Shown: one piece after another, positions 8,011 through 15,971 of the stretch
Layout: each line of letters starts with the position of its first letter
Numbering within the stretch: the stretch's first letter is position 1
Assembly: GCA_040220235.1 (NCBI GenBank)
Contig: JAVJTO010000110.1
Direction: 5' to 3' (one strand)
Length of the DNA stretch: 15,971 nucleotides
Source: Coleofasciculus sp. B1-GNL1-01
GTDB taxonomy: Bacteria > Cyanobacteriota > Cyanobacteriia > Cyanobacteriales > Coleofasciculaceae
Made by a program: the position numbers and the translations under genes
Notes under the pieces: generated by a model
Databases searched by the model: none
Told to the model about the DNA's origin: nothing
The model's input: only the letters and a program-made list of their open reading frames with translations

Positions 8011-9495
8011 ATGAGCCTCACTTTATACAACACATTGACTCGCCAAAAAGAGCCGTTCACAACAATTGAACCCGGTAAAGTCACAATGTATTGCTGTGGG
8101 GTAACAGTGTACGACTATTGCCATTTGGGTCATGCCCGGTCTTATATCGGCTGGGATGTAATGCGGCGTTATTTACAATGGCGGGGTTATCAAGTACGGT
8201 ATGTGCAGAACTTTACCGATATTGATGACAAAATTTTGAATCGGGCTAGAGTTGAAGGCAGCTCGATGCCAGAAATTGCCGATCGCTACATCAATATATA
8301 CTTTGAGGATATTCGGCGGTTGAACGTCATGGATGCCGATGAGTATCCTCGTGTCACCCAACATATCCCAGCGATTGTTCATCTCATCCAAGCACTGGAA
8401 AGCAAAGGCTATGCTTACGCCGTGGATGGTGATGTTTACTACAACGTGCAGCAGTTTTCCGAGTATGGCAAACTCTCTGGACGAAAAAGAGAGCAGATGC
8501 AAGCTGGGGCAGGTGGACGCATTGACCCAGGCGAACCAGAGGGCAAAAAACAAGACCCTTTTGATTTTGCACTGTGGAAAGCTGCCAAACCAGGGGAGCC
8601 TGCTTGGGATTCTCTTTGGGGTAAAGGACGACCTGGGTGGCATATTGAATGCTCGGCAATGATTCGTGCCCGATTGGGTGAAACGATTGATATTCATGGC
8701 GGTGGGGGCGATTTGGTGTTTCCCCACCATGAAAATGAAATCGCTCAATCAGAAGTGCTAACAGGTAAGCCCTTGGCTCGATACTGGCTACACAATGGCA
8801 TGGTGACAGTGAATGGGGAGAAGATGTCTAAATCCTTAGGCAACTTTACCACCATTCGAGATTTGTTAGACGGTAAATGGTCAGAGTATCCGCAGCCGAT
8901 CGACCCAATGGTCGTCAGGCTATTCGTTTTGCAAGCTCATTATCGTAAGCCCTTAGATTTTACGGCATCAGCCATTACCGCCGCTGTTCATGGCTGGCAA
9001 ACCCTCAAAGATGCGCTGAATTTAGATTGGCAGCAATGCAATCTATCGCCACAAGCTGCGATTCTTGATGAATTGGACTCACAGCGTTCGCGTAGCGTGT
9101 GCGCAGCACGTATCGCCCGTTTTCAAGCGGCAATGGATGATGACTTTAATACGGCGGCTGGATTAGCGGTGTTGTTTGAGTTGGCAAAATCCCTAAAACG
9201 AGAGTTTAATCAGCGTTGCTATCAAGGGTCTCAGGAACTTGAGGATGTGCAGTTACGTGCTTTATCGCAGACGTTGATACAGCTTGCTGGGGTGTTTGGT
9301 TTAGAGGTTGAACCCGAAACCTTACCTGTACCAGAGATTAATGTGAATTGGATTGAATCGCTACTGCAACAACGGCACCAAGCACGCCAAGAAAAACGCT
9401 ATGTCGAGAGCGATCGCATCCGTAATCAACTGCAAGCAGCAGGCATTACCTTGATTGATCAGCCCAACGGACAAACCCGTTGGCATCGTTTTTGA
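8011..9495 (+). CDS. cysS: Cysteine--tRNA ligase (probable Zur-regulated paralog)
   Basis: [11 protein letters not shown] start, [15 protein letters not shown] (HIGH), [17 protein letters not shown] and KMSKS. The Zn ligands are intact. Confidence 0.97.
   Translation: MSLTLYNTLTRQKEPFTTIEPGKVTMYCCGVTVYDYCHLGHARSYIGWDVMRRYLQWRGYQVRYVQNFTDIDDKILNRARVEGSSMPEIADRYINIYFEDIRRLNVMDADEYPRVTQHIPAIVHLIQALESKGYAYAVDGDVYYNVQQFSEYGKLSGRKREQMQAGAGGRIDPGEPEGKKQDPFDFALWKAAKPGEPAWDSLWGKGRPGWHIECSAMIRARLGETIDIHGGGGDLVFPHHENEIAQSEVLTGKPLARYWLHNGMVTVNGEKMSKSLGNFTTIRDLLDGKWSEYPQPIDPMVVRLFVLQAHYRKPLDFTASAITAAVHGWQTLKDALNLDWQQCNLSPQAAILDELDSQRSRSVCAARIARFQAAMDDDFNTAAGLAVLFELAKSLKREFNQRCYQGSQELEDVQLRALSQTLIQLAGVFGLEVEPETLPVPEINVNWIESLLQQRHQARQEKRYVESDRIRNQLQAAGITLIDQPNGQTRWHRF
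9084..9116. repeat. SDR5-like insertion in a HIP1 site within cysS
   Basis: GCG|ttcgcgtagcgtgtgcgcagcacgt|ATCGC, which produces the atypical peptide [14 protein letters not shown]. Confidence 0.7.
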
Positions 9496-9525
9496 ACTCT
9501 CTAGTGGAAAGGAACAATTTTTGTG

Positions 9526-10053
9526 ATGACACTTGGTATGACTCCTATCCTTTCGGACTATCCCATATTCGGCACAGAGATTCGATGTCCTCAGTGCCAT
9601 CAACCAATTCCAGCCTTGTTACTCACAGACTCTTACGTTTGCCCTGAGCATGGAGCTTTTGAAGCCAACCCCAATACAGGGGAATTAGTTCATGTTCAGT
9701 CGGGGCGATGCTGGCATCAATGGGAAGGTCAATGGTATCGTCAGCATATTCATCCCGATACCCTACGCTTTGAAATCGCTGAGGCGCTTGAACACCTTTA
9801 TCGAAATGGATATCGAGCAACCCAGGTGATTGTTGCTCAACGGTATAAAGAGATGCTTGGCAACAGCTTAGAACATCATGCTGACTGGTTTAGGCAGTTT
9901 TATTTTGTGAAGCAACGATTGTATGGAGTGCCAGTGGAATTTAGCTCAGATCAACATACAGAACCTCGTTGGAAAATTATGAACTTTGAGTTTCAAACTG
10001 AACCGGGGAACCCAACGAACTATACTTATCCATTTCTCAAAGCATGGCGCTAA
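9526..10053 (+). CDS. TIGR02652 (DUF2396)-family cyanobacterial protein
   Basis: YPIFGTEIRCPQC...LTDSYVCPEHGAFEA...WYRQHIHPD..RFEI..ALE.LY..GYRAT; Zn-ribbon-like CxxC/CxxH. Confidence 0.85.
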   Translation: MTLGMTPILSDYPIFGTEIRCPQCHQPIPALLLTDSYVCPEHGAFEANPNTGELVHVQSGRCWHQWEGQWYRQHIHPDTLRFEIAEALEHLYRNGYRATQVIVAQRYKEMLGNSLEHHADWFRQFYFVKQRLYGVPVEFSSDQHTEPRWKIMNFEFQTEPGNPTNYTYPFLKAWR

Positions 10054-10127
10054 GAGGACAATGCCATAAAGGTTGACAGTGAATGCTTGGAAAAAGTAAA
10101 CCAATTTTCAATCAGGAGGTAAAAGCG

Positions 10128-10313
10128 ATGACAACAATTCAGCACTATGCAACGAATTACATTGAGAACGCCAAAGTATCGATGATTACTCCCACACAAA
10201 CCATTGAAGCTGCTTCGGTTGAGTACTGTATTGCCAGTGGCTACGTCAAAATTGTGACTCAAGATGAACGGACGTTAATTACACATATCAGCAACGTTGT
10301 CATTGAATGCTAA
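10128..10313 (+). CDS. Small hypothetical protein, 61 aa
   Basis: Strong RBS AGGAGGT (10114-10120) before ATG 10128. Beta-rich sequence ending LITHISNVVIEC. Confidence 0.75.
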   Translation: MTTIQHYATNYIENAKVSMITPTQTIEAASVEYCIASGYVKIVTQDERTLITHISNVVIEC

Positions 10314-10861
10314 AATAGGGCGCTGCCCCAAGCCAGAAGCAGCGAAAAGCTGACGCCTGCCACAACTTGCTGGCTCAAAAGCTTCAGGGCAAAGCGCCAA
10401 GATACCTCGCGCACAATAGTTAGGAGGGTGACAAGGCAAGGCAGAATTACACCTGCCAGATAGACGGCTGTGAGAATCTGCAAGGGGGTTAAAGCATCCA
10501 CTACATTCGGTTCGGTGAATAGCAAAATGCCATCCTTGCGAATAGAGGCAAGCACTACAGGTAAAGCGGCTTCAGCCGGAAGGCGAAACAATCCCATCAC
10601 AGGGCGAAGAACACCCGACAATAAAGAGAGAACACCTAGCCAGTCGAGTAGCGACGCAATAATTGTAATTCCCAAGAAGATGGGGATTGCCTGGAGAAAG
10701 AATTGAGATAGGGTGCTGCGGGCTTCGCGCCAGATGGCGATCGGGCGGGGAAATTCCAGGAAACTACGCCCTTCAACGAGCAACTTATTTAACGGCGATC
10801 GCGCTTTTTTGGGTGCTGTCAGTCGGGTGTAAATTAAGGTTGTTACTGTCAGATAGAGTAA
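10310..10861 (-). pseudogene. C-terminal part of a FeoB-like / gate-domain membrane transporter
   Basis: Open frame LLYLTVTTLIYTRL...FFLQAIPIF...LFRLPAEAALPVVLASIRKDG...LPCLVT extends to the IS end at 10862. No GTPase domain or native start. Confidence 0.78.
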
Positions 10862-12244
10862 TTGACACTCCCCCGGCTAAAAGAGCGCGGGGGATTCTTC
10901 CGTCTCAGGGATTCCTATGAATTTACCCTCAGAAAGCATCTTGACCGTGTGTCCCACGGCTGCAAGTCCACGAATACAGACTATTTGGGCGGCTGCTACA
11001 TCTCTATCAGTTGTGTAGCCGCAGTGACTACATGAGTGGACGCGCTCAGACAGTAGCTTTTTGCCCGTTTCTGTTAAGCAATTAGGGCATATCTGGCTAG
11101 TCTTTTTGGCGTCTGTTTTTAGGAAGAATACACCACGCTTAAAGCAGCATTGCTCTAGTATCTGGAGGAATTGACCCCAGCCAGCATCTAAACAATGCTT
11201 ACCCAACATCCCTCTGGCTAACCCTTTTAGATTGAGATCTTCGACGAATATCATACCCGCCCAGTCACATAGGTTATGGGCTAACTCCCAATGGTAATTT
11301 TTCCTTACGTTGGCGATTCGTTCATGCAGTCGGCTAACTTTAGCTTGTGCCTTTCTCCGGTTATTACTCCCTTTGCGCTTTCTACTTACTCTTTGTTGCA
11401 GCAATTTAAGCTTGCGTTCGAGTTTCCGAAAAGGCTTAGGATTGGGGAATAGTTTACCATTTGAAACGGCTGCAAAATGACTGATTCCTACATCTATTCC
11501 TATGGCTTCACCATGAGGCATTGGTTGAGGTACATCTAGATCCCACTGTAGGGTTAACATGACGTACCAACCTGATGCCCGTTTGACTACACGGGCTTGC
11601 TTGATGGTTGCCCCGTCTGGTATTGGACGTGATTGGTTAAACTTAACTAACCCAATCTTGGGCAACTTAACCGCAGTTCCTTGAATGGGTTCTTTTCCCA
11701 GTTGAGGAAACACGAAAGACCGCATTCTGCCAGCTTTCTTAAACCGTGGGAAACCGTGACCACCTTCCCACATACTGACAAATGCTTTTTCTAAACGCTT
11801 GAGCGTTTGTTGTAGCACTTGTGCGTTTACTCGTTGGAGATTTTTACTTGTTTTTTTGTATGTGGTTAAAGCTACGGCTTGCCTGTTGTAAGTAGGTCTA
11901 GGAGTATCAGCCGAAATGATGTATTCAGATCGGAGTGAACAGGCGTTAATCTGACACTTACGCGAGTTATACCAATCCTTGCGCTCGCCTAATGCGTAAT
12001 TATACACACGGCGGCACTGCTCTAACCAATCTTCAAAAATGGCTATCTGAGTTTTAGTCGGCTTTAACTTAAATTCGTAGGTCAGATTGAACAACTTGCA
12101 TCACCTCCTAACCCTAGTATACACCATTAACTAACTACCGTCAGGACGTTTGCTAGGACTCGTGGCTAAAGCCACTAGCTAGACGCTTTGCTCGATTTCA
12201 TCTCCCGGCTGTAGAGCGCGGGAGTCTTCACCATCGCTCACGCG
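10862..12244 (-). mobile_element. tnpB-only IS200/IS605-family (IS1341-like) element
   Basis: Minus strand: TTTAT (12249-12245) precedes the left end. Related subterminal hairpins are ctcccgcgctctacagccgggag (left) and cccccgcgctcttttagccggggg (right). The right end is ...gagtgTCAA at 10862. No tnpA and no target duplication. Confidence 0.85.
10877..12094 (-). CDS. tnpB: TnpB RNA-guided endonuclease
   Basis: N-terminal HTH, GFPRFKK, RuvC GIDVG / FVEDL / DRDVAAA, Zn finger CPNC...CSHC. AGGAGG RBS before the TTG start. Confidence 0.96.
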   Translation of the reverse strand: MFNLTYEFKLKPTKTQIAIFEDWLEQCRRVYNYALGERKDWYNSRKCQINACSLRSEYIISADTPRPTYNRQAVALTTYKKTSKNLQRVNAQVLQQTLKRLEKAFVSMWEGGHGFPRFKKAGRMRSFVFPQLGKEPIQGTAVKLPKIGLVKFNQSRPIPDGATIKQARVVKRASGWYVMLTLQWDLDVPQPMPHGEAIGIDVGISHFAAVSNGKLFPNPKPFRKLERKLKLLQQRVSRKRKGSNNRRKAQAKVSRLHERIANVRKNYHWELAHNLCDWAGMIFVEDLNLKGLARGMLGKHCLDAGWGQFLQILEQCCFKRGVFFLKTDAKKTSQICPNCLTETGKKLLSERVHSCSHCGYTTDRDVAAAQIVCIRGLAAVGHTVKMLSEGKFIGIPETEESPALF

Positions 12245-12261
12245 ATAAAAAAACTCAGCTA

Positions 12262-13401
12262 TTAACAAACACAATCATTGCTACAGCAGGAAAGGTCATC
12301 AAGAAATAAACCCTGTTCGCGGTAAACCTGCAAAGGTGAGGGATCTAAACCCAAACGTTGTGCGATCGCATCAGCCACCACCGCAAACCGCTGCCGGAAT
12401 TTATAGATAAAACAGAAAATCACATCCCCGTGACGCACAGAAGGTCCGACAACGAATAACCCTGAAGTGCGGGTCGATTCATCGCATTCATTCAGCACAG
12501 CATGTCCGTCTGACCAATGAAACAAGTGAGCTATGGTACTGAGACTGCCCTTAAAACCCGTACACAGAATAGGAGGCGTGGGACTCATCCACTGGCGATA
12601 CTCAAGCCTCTCATTTTCTTGCGCCCCGACGACAGCATAACCGTTGGCGTCGCGCTTGACTCCCACAATGTCCGTATTCCCAATCAGTTCAAGGCGACCT
12701 GTCCCATAGACAAACTCCAAGCGCTGTATTGTGTAAGGAGACAAAGAGATGCTCGGATCGGGGTTATTGGATGCCCAACTTTTTGCGCGATCGATTACTG
12801 CCACTCGTTTTCCCAAGGCAACTAAATTGGTGGCAGCATCCATTCCACTTTCATAACCGCCAATCACAATAACCTCCTCTCCCTGTATCTCGTCCCAGGA
12901 GCGTACCTGAGTATTTTGAATGCACAAATCGGCACCGGGAAAGGAATCGAGGCGCGGATACTGAAATTCTCCCGCCGCCCAAATGACAAAGCGGCTTTGG
13001 ACATCGCCTTGGGAAGTTTTGAGGATAAACCCTTTTTCTCCTGGTAGTGCTTCAATATCGTGAACCTCAATGCCCGTTTTTACTGGAAGCTGAAAATGCT
13101 CGACAACCGTTTGTAAATAGAGGGCATACTCCTTACCCGTTAGGTGTTCTCGTCGAAAAGATAGAGCTGGGGAGGTATTTAGAGCTACTGCATTCAGGTC
13201 GAGTAACCCAAAGCCGTGACTGGGAAACGACGGGGTAATAAATCGCATTTGTGCGGGCCAGCGATTAAAAGATGCTCCCACTTCATGGCGCTCTAACAGG
13301 ATAAAATTTTGGAGTCCTAAATCTTTGAGAACGACCCCACAACCGACCCCCGCCGCACCCGCACCGACAATGACTACATCCAAGATTTTAGAAGAATTCA
13401 T
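12262..13401 (-). CDS. NAD(P)/FAD-dependent oxidoreductase (CzcO-like / pyridine nucleotide-disulfide type)
   Basis: GAGAAG and GGYESG Rossmann motifs, FCFIYKFRQRF, and Cys-rich tail DDLSCCSNDCVC. Confidence 0.88.
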   Translation of the reverse strand: MNSSKILDVVIVGAGAAGVGCGVVLKDLGLQNFILLERHEVGASFNRWPAQMRFITPSFPSHGFGLLDLNAVALNTSPALSFRREHLTGKEYALYLQTVVEHFQLPVKTGIEVHDIEALPGEKGFILKTSQGDVQSRFVIWAAGEFQYPRLDSFPGADLCIQNTQVRSWDEIQGEEVIVIGGYESGMDAATNLVALGKRVAVIDRAKSWASNNPDPSISLSPYTIQRLEFVYGTGRLELIGNTDIVGVKRDANGYAVVGAQENERLEYRQWMSPTPPILCTGFKGSLSTIAHLFHWSDGHAVLNECDESTRTSGLFVVGPSVRHGDVIFCFIYKFRQRFAVVADAIAQRLGLDPSPLQVYREQGLFLDDLSCCSNDCVC

Positions 13402-13476
13402 TACAGCTATTAACTAGAAAGCAGTTACCAGTTTCTGTACGGTCAGACCTAAATTATTTTCTCTAACTTGACAAGG

Positions 13477-15348
13477 TTAAAGCGTTGATTTCTCTTCAAT
13501 CACTCCTTGCAGACAAGCTTGCAACTCAGCTAAAGTTAGCATTCCTAACTCTCCCCCCTTCCTTGTCCGCACACTCAGAGTTTGATTTTCTACTTCCCGT
13601 TTACCGACTACAGCAACAACGGGAATTTTTTCTAACTCTGCATTGCGAATTTGCTTACCCAAACGCTCTCCACTGCGGTCAATCTCAACCCGATACCCAG
13701 TTTTTTTAAGAGTGGTGGCAACTGATTCTGAATACTCCCGTTGAGCATCGCTCACGGGTAACAGACGCACCTGAATGGGGGCTAACCACAAGGGGAAATC
13801 ACCTGCGTAATTCTCAATTAAAATCCCGAAAAAGCGTTCCAACGAGCCAAAAATTGCTCGGTGAATCATAATCGGTTGTTGGCGACTTCCATCAGCAGCG
13901 ACATATTCCATATTGAAGCGATCGGGTAAATTGAAATCGACCTGAATTGTCGAACATTGCCAGAAACGACCAATGGCATCTCGAATCTTAAGGTCAATCT
14001 TGGGACCATAGAACGCGCCACCCCCCACATCTTCAATATAATTCCAACCTTTGGCAGCTAAAGCTTGTTTTAAAGCTGTTGTCGCTAACTCCCAAACGTC
14101 ATCGGTGCCAACAGATTTAGCCGGACGAGTGGATAAATTAACCTCATAATCGGTAAAGCCAAAATCTGATAAGATTTGCTCGGTTAGATTTAATACTCCA
14201 ATGATTTCATCGGCAATCTGATTGGGTAAGCAGAAAATATGAGCATCATCTTGGGTGAATCCTCGGACACGCATCAAACCATGCATAACGCCTGAGCGTT
14301 CGTAGCGATAAACTGTTCCTAATTCAGCAAAGCGTAAGGGAAACTCGCGGTAAGAATGCAGGTCCTGCTTATAGGTCAGAACGTGAAAGGGACAGTTCAT
14401 CGGCTTAATTTGATAAGCCTGTTGTTCAATATCCATTGAGTCAAACATATTCTCTCGATAAAAATCAAAATGACCCGATGTTTTCCACAGTTCCAGATTG
14501 GCGATATGGGGTGTGTAAAGGAGTTGATAACCTGCTGCTAGGTGAGACTTTTTCCAGTAATCTTCGATAATGTTACGTATCGCTGCGCCACGCGGATGCC
14601 AAAAAACTAAGCCACCGCCAGCATCGTCTTGGATACTAAAGAGTTTGAGGTCTTGACCAATTTTTCTATGGTCGCGTCGCTTGGCTTCTTCTTTTTGTTG
14701 AAGGTAAGCCGAGAGTTGTTCGGGTGTTTCCCAAGCCGTACCATAGATGCGTTGCAACTGAGGTTTGGTTTCATCTCCCCGCCAGTAAGCACCCGCAACA
14801 GTTTCTAAGGCAAAAGCATCGGGATTGATTTCTCCAGTGAAGTTGACGTGAGGACCAGAACATAAATCCCACCAGTATTCATCCGGCGGTAGCGTCACTT
14901 GTTCAAATAGAGAAGGTTCTGGCTGGATTGTATCGGTTGACCCTCTGCCGCAATCAGGGTTACCGATGAAGTAGCGGGTAATAGTTTCTCCTTCGGGAAT
15001 AAAGTCGAGGATTTCCAGCTTGTAGGGTTCCCCTAACTGCTCAATTTCCCCACGAATCTCTTCCCGATCTACAACTTCGCGGATAATTGGCAAGTTAGCG
15101 TTGATAATCTGCCGCATTTTGGCTTCAATGCGGCTCAAGTCATCTGGGGTAAAGGGTTGCTGGCGATCAAAGTCGTAGTAAAATCCGGTGTCTGTGGTGG
15201 GTCCAATCGTTACTTTTGTCTGTGGGAGGAGAGTTTGCACTGCCATTGCCAAGATGTGAGCGCAGGTGTGGCGAATTCGCTCTAGTTTTTTTGGGTCATC
15301 TTGGTGAGGACTGTTCTCAGACAGAGACTGAGTTAATTGACTGACCAT
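13477..15348 (-). CDS. thrS: Threonine--tRNA ligase (probable Zur-regulated ThrRS2)
   Basis: Editing domain RHTCAH...DLCSGPH; catalytic motifs KPMNCP, RVRGFTQDDAH, AFYGPKID and IHRAIFGS; anticodon-binding domain. Confidence 0.98.
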   Translation of the reverse strand: MVSQLTQSLSENSPHQDDPKKLERIRHTCAHILAMAVQTLLPQTKVTIGPTTDTGFYYDFDRQQPFTPDDLSRIEAKMRQIINANLPIIREVVDREEIRGEIEQLGEPYKLEILDFIPEGETITRYFIGNPDCGRGSTDTIQPEPSLFEQVTLPPDEYWWDLCSGPHVNFTGEINPDAFALETVAGAYWRGDETKPQLQRIYGTAWETPEQLSAYLQQKEEAKRRDHRKIGQDLKLFSIQDDAGGGLVFWHPRGAAIRNIIEDYWKKSHLAAGYQLLYTPHIANLELWKTSGHFDFYRENMFDSMDIEQQAYQIKPMNCPFHVLTYKQDLHSYREFPLRFAELGTVYRYERSGVMHGLMRVRGFTQDDAHIFCLPNQIADEIIGVLNLTEQILSDFGFTDYEVNLSTRPAKSVGTDDVWELATTALKQALAAKGWNYIEDVGGGAFYGPKIDLKIRDAIGRFWQCSTIQVDFNLPDRFNMEYVAADGSRQQPIMIHRAIFGSLERFFGILIENYAGDFPLWLAPIQVRLLPVSDAQREYSESVATTLKKTGYRVEIDRSGERLGKQIRNAELEKIPVVAVVGKREVENQTLSVRTRKGGELGMLTLAELQACLQGVIEEKSTL

Positions 15349-15360
15349 AATCCAAGAATA

Positions 15361-15383
15361 AAAATAATAATCATTCTCATTTT
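15361..15383. promoter_or_regulatory. Zur box upstream of thrS
   Basis: AAAA-TAATAATCATTCTCA-TTTT (minus strand TGAGAATGATTATTA), just upstream of the thrS ATG. Confidence 0.85.
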
Positions 15384-15462
15384 AACAGAAAAGCCTGGAT
15401 TCAGGCTACATAGAGGAACTTGATCTCGATTAAATTCATCCATGCATGATGTCAATTGACCA

Positions 15463-15500
15463 CTACAAAGGATAGAGCTGTTGCGAACACTCAAAACACA
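15463..15500. repeat. 38-bp direct repeat, copy 2
   Basis: 36/38 identical to 547-584. Confidence 0.93.
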
Positions 15501-15558
15501 TCACCTGTAAGCTATCCAAAACCTCTTGTGGAAGTGTTACCTGCTTCAGTCATTGACA

Positions 15559-15579
15559 GGTGGGCAGTGTCCACCCTAC
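15559..15579. repeat. Cyanobacterial short dispersed palindromic repeat
   Basis: GGTGGGCAGTGTCCACCCTAC resembles the common GGTGGGCAnTGCCCACCCTAC repeat and lies just downstream of the Crp stop. Confidence 0.6.
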
Positions 15580-15580
15580 G

Positions 15581-15971
15581 CTAGATCAAGGTTTTGATGC
15601 TTTCAAAATGCAAATTTTCAGTACCATTGTACTGAGAATGTTCACCCGTGGTGAGGATGAGATTTCGACGCGATCGCACAATCCTCCCTTCCTGTTCCAA
15701 ACGATTGATCAGGCGTGTAACAGTTACCCGAGTAATCCCAATCGTCTCGGAAATATCCTGATGAGTCAGGTGAAAGTTCAGCAATTTACCCTGAGGAACT
15801 GTTTGTCCAAAATGACAGGATAGCCATTCCAACAGATGCAGCAGGCGGGCATAGGCAGAGTGCTGATGTAGAATATTCAATAGTTCTTCGCTTTTGCAAG
15901 CATGAATCAGTAACGCCTCTGGTAACGATTGACTCTCTAAAGGGATTTGACTTGCCTGTACTCGAGTCAAA
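15581..15971 (-). CDS. Crp/Fnr-family transcriptional regulator, 3' part (HTH)
   Basis: RLLHLLEWL..FG....LTHQDISETIGITRVTVTRLINRLEQEGRI is a Crp-type HTH. It joins in frame to 1-301. Confidence 0.92.
   Translation of the reverse strand, partial: LTRVQASQIPLESQSLPEALLIHACKSEELLNILHQHSAYARLLHLLEWLSCHFGQTVPQGKLLNFHLTHQDISETIGITRVTVTRLINRLEQEGRIVRSRRNLILTTGEHSQYNGTENLHFESIKTLI
15916..15971. repeat. Terminal direct repeat, copy 2 (identical to 1-56)
   Basis: Exact 56-bp match to the window start. Confidence 0.97.

Overview
Cyanobacterial DNA (at least 15 HIP1 GCGATCGC sites by eye) carrying a compact zinc-starvation (Zur-type) gene cluster. It contains a Zn-independent hemB, znuACB, a stand-alone CcmM-like gamma-carbonic anhydrase, probable second copies of cysS and thrS, a TIGR02652 protein, an FAD-dependent oxidoreductase and a FeoB-like remnant, with three Zur-box palindromes next to the operon starts. 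The first and last 56 bp are identical, and a Crp/Fnr-family regulator (211 aa) reads without interruption across that junction. The window therefore behaves as a 15,915-bp circle or one unit of a tandem repeat, yet I see no rep, par, integrase or tnpA gene. The left part holds a CmtR-like ArsR repressor with two intact operators, a shattered heavy-metal P1B-ATPase gene, an orphan HEARO/omega-RNA-like scaffold, a hisI stub and a 5'-truncated IsrB. A tnpB-only IS605-family element abuts the FeoB remnant. Several deletion scars and two SDR5-like insertions in HIP1 sites are visible. All family calls come from motif recognition, not database searches.
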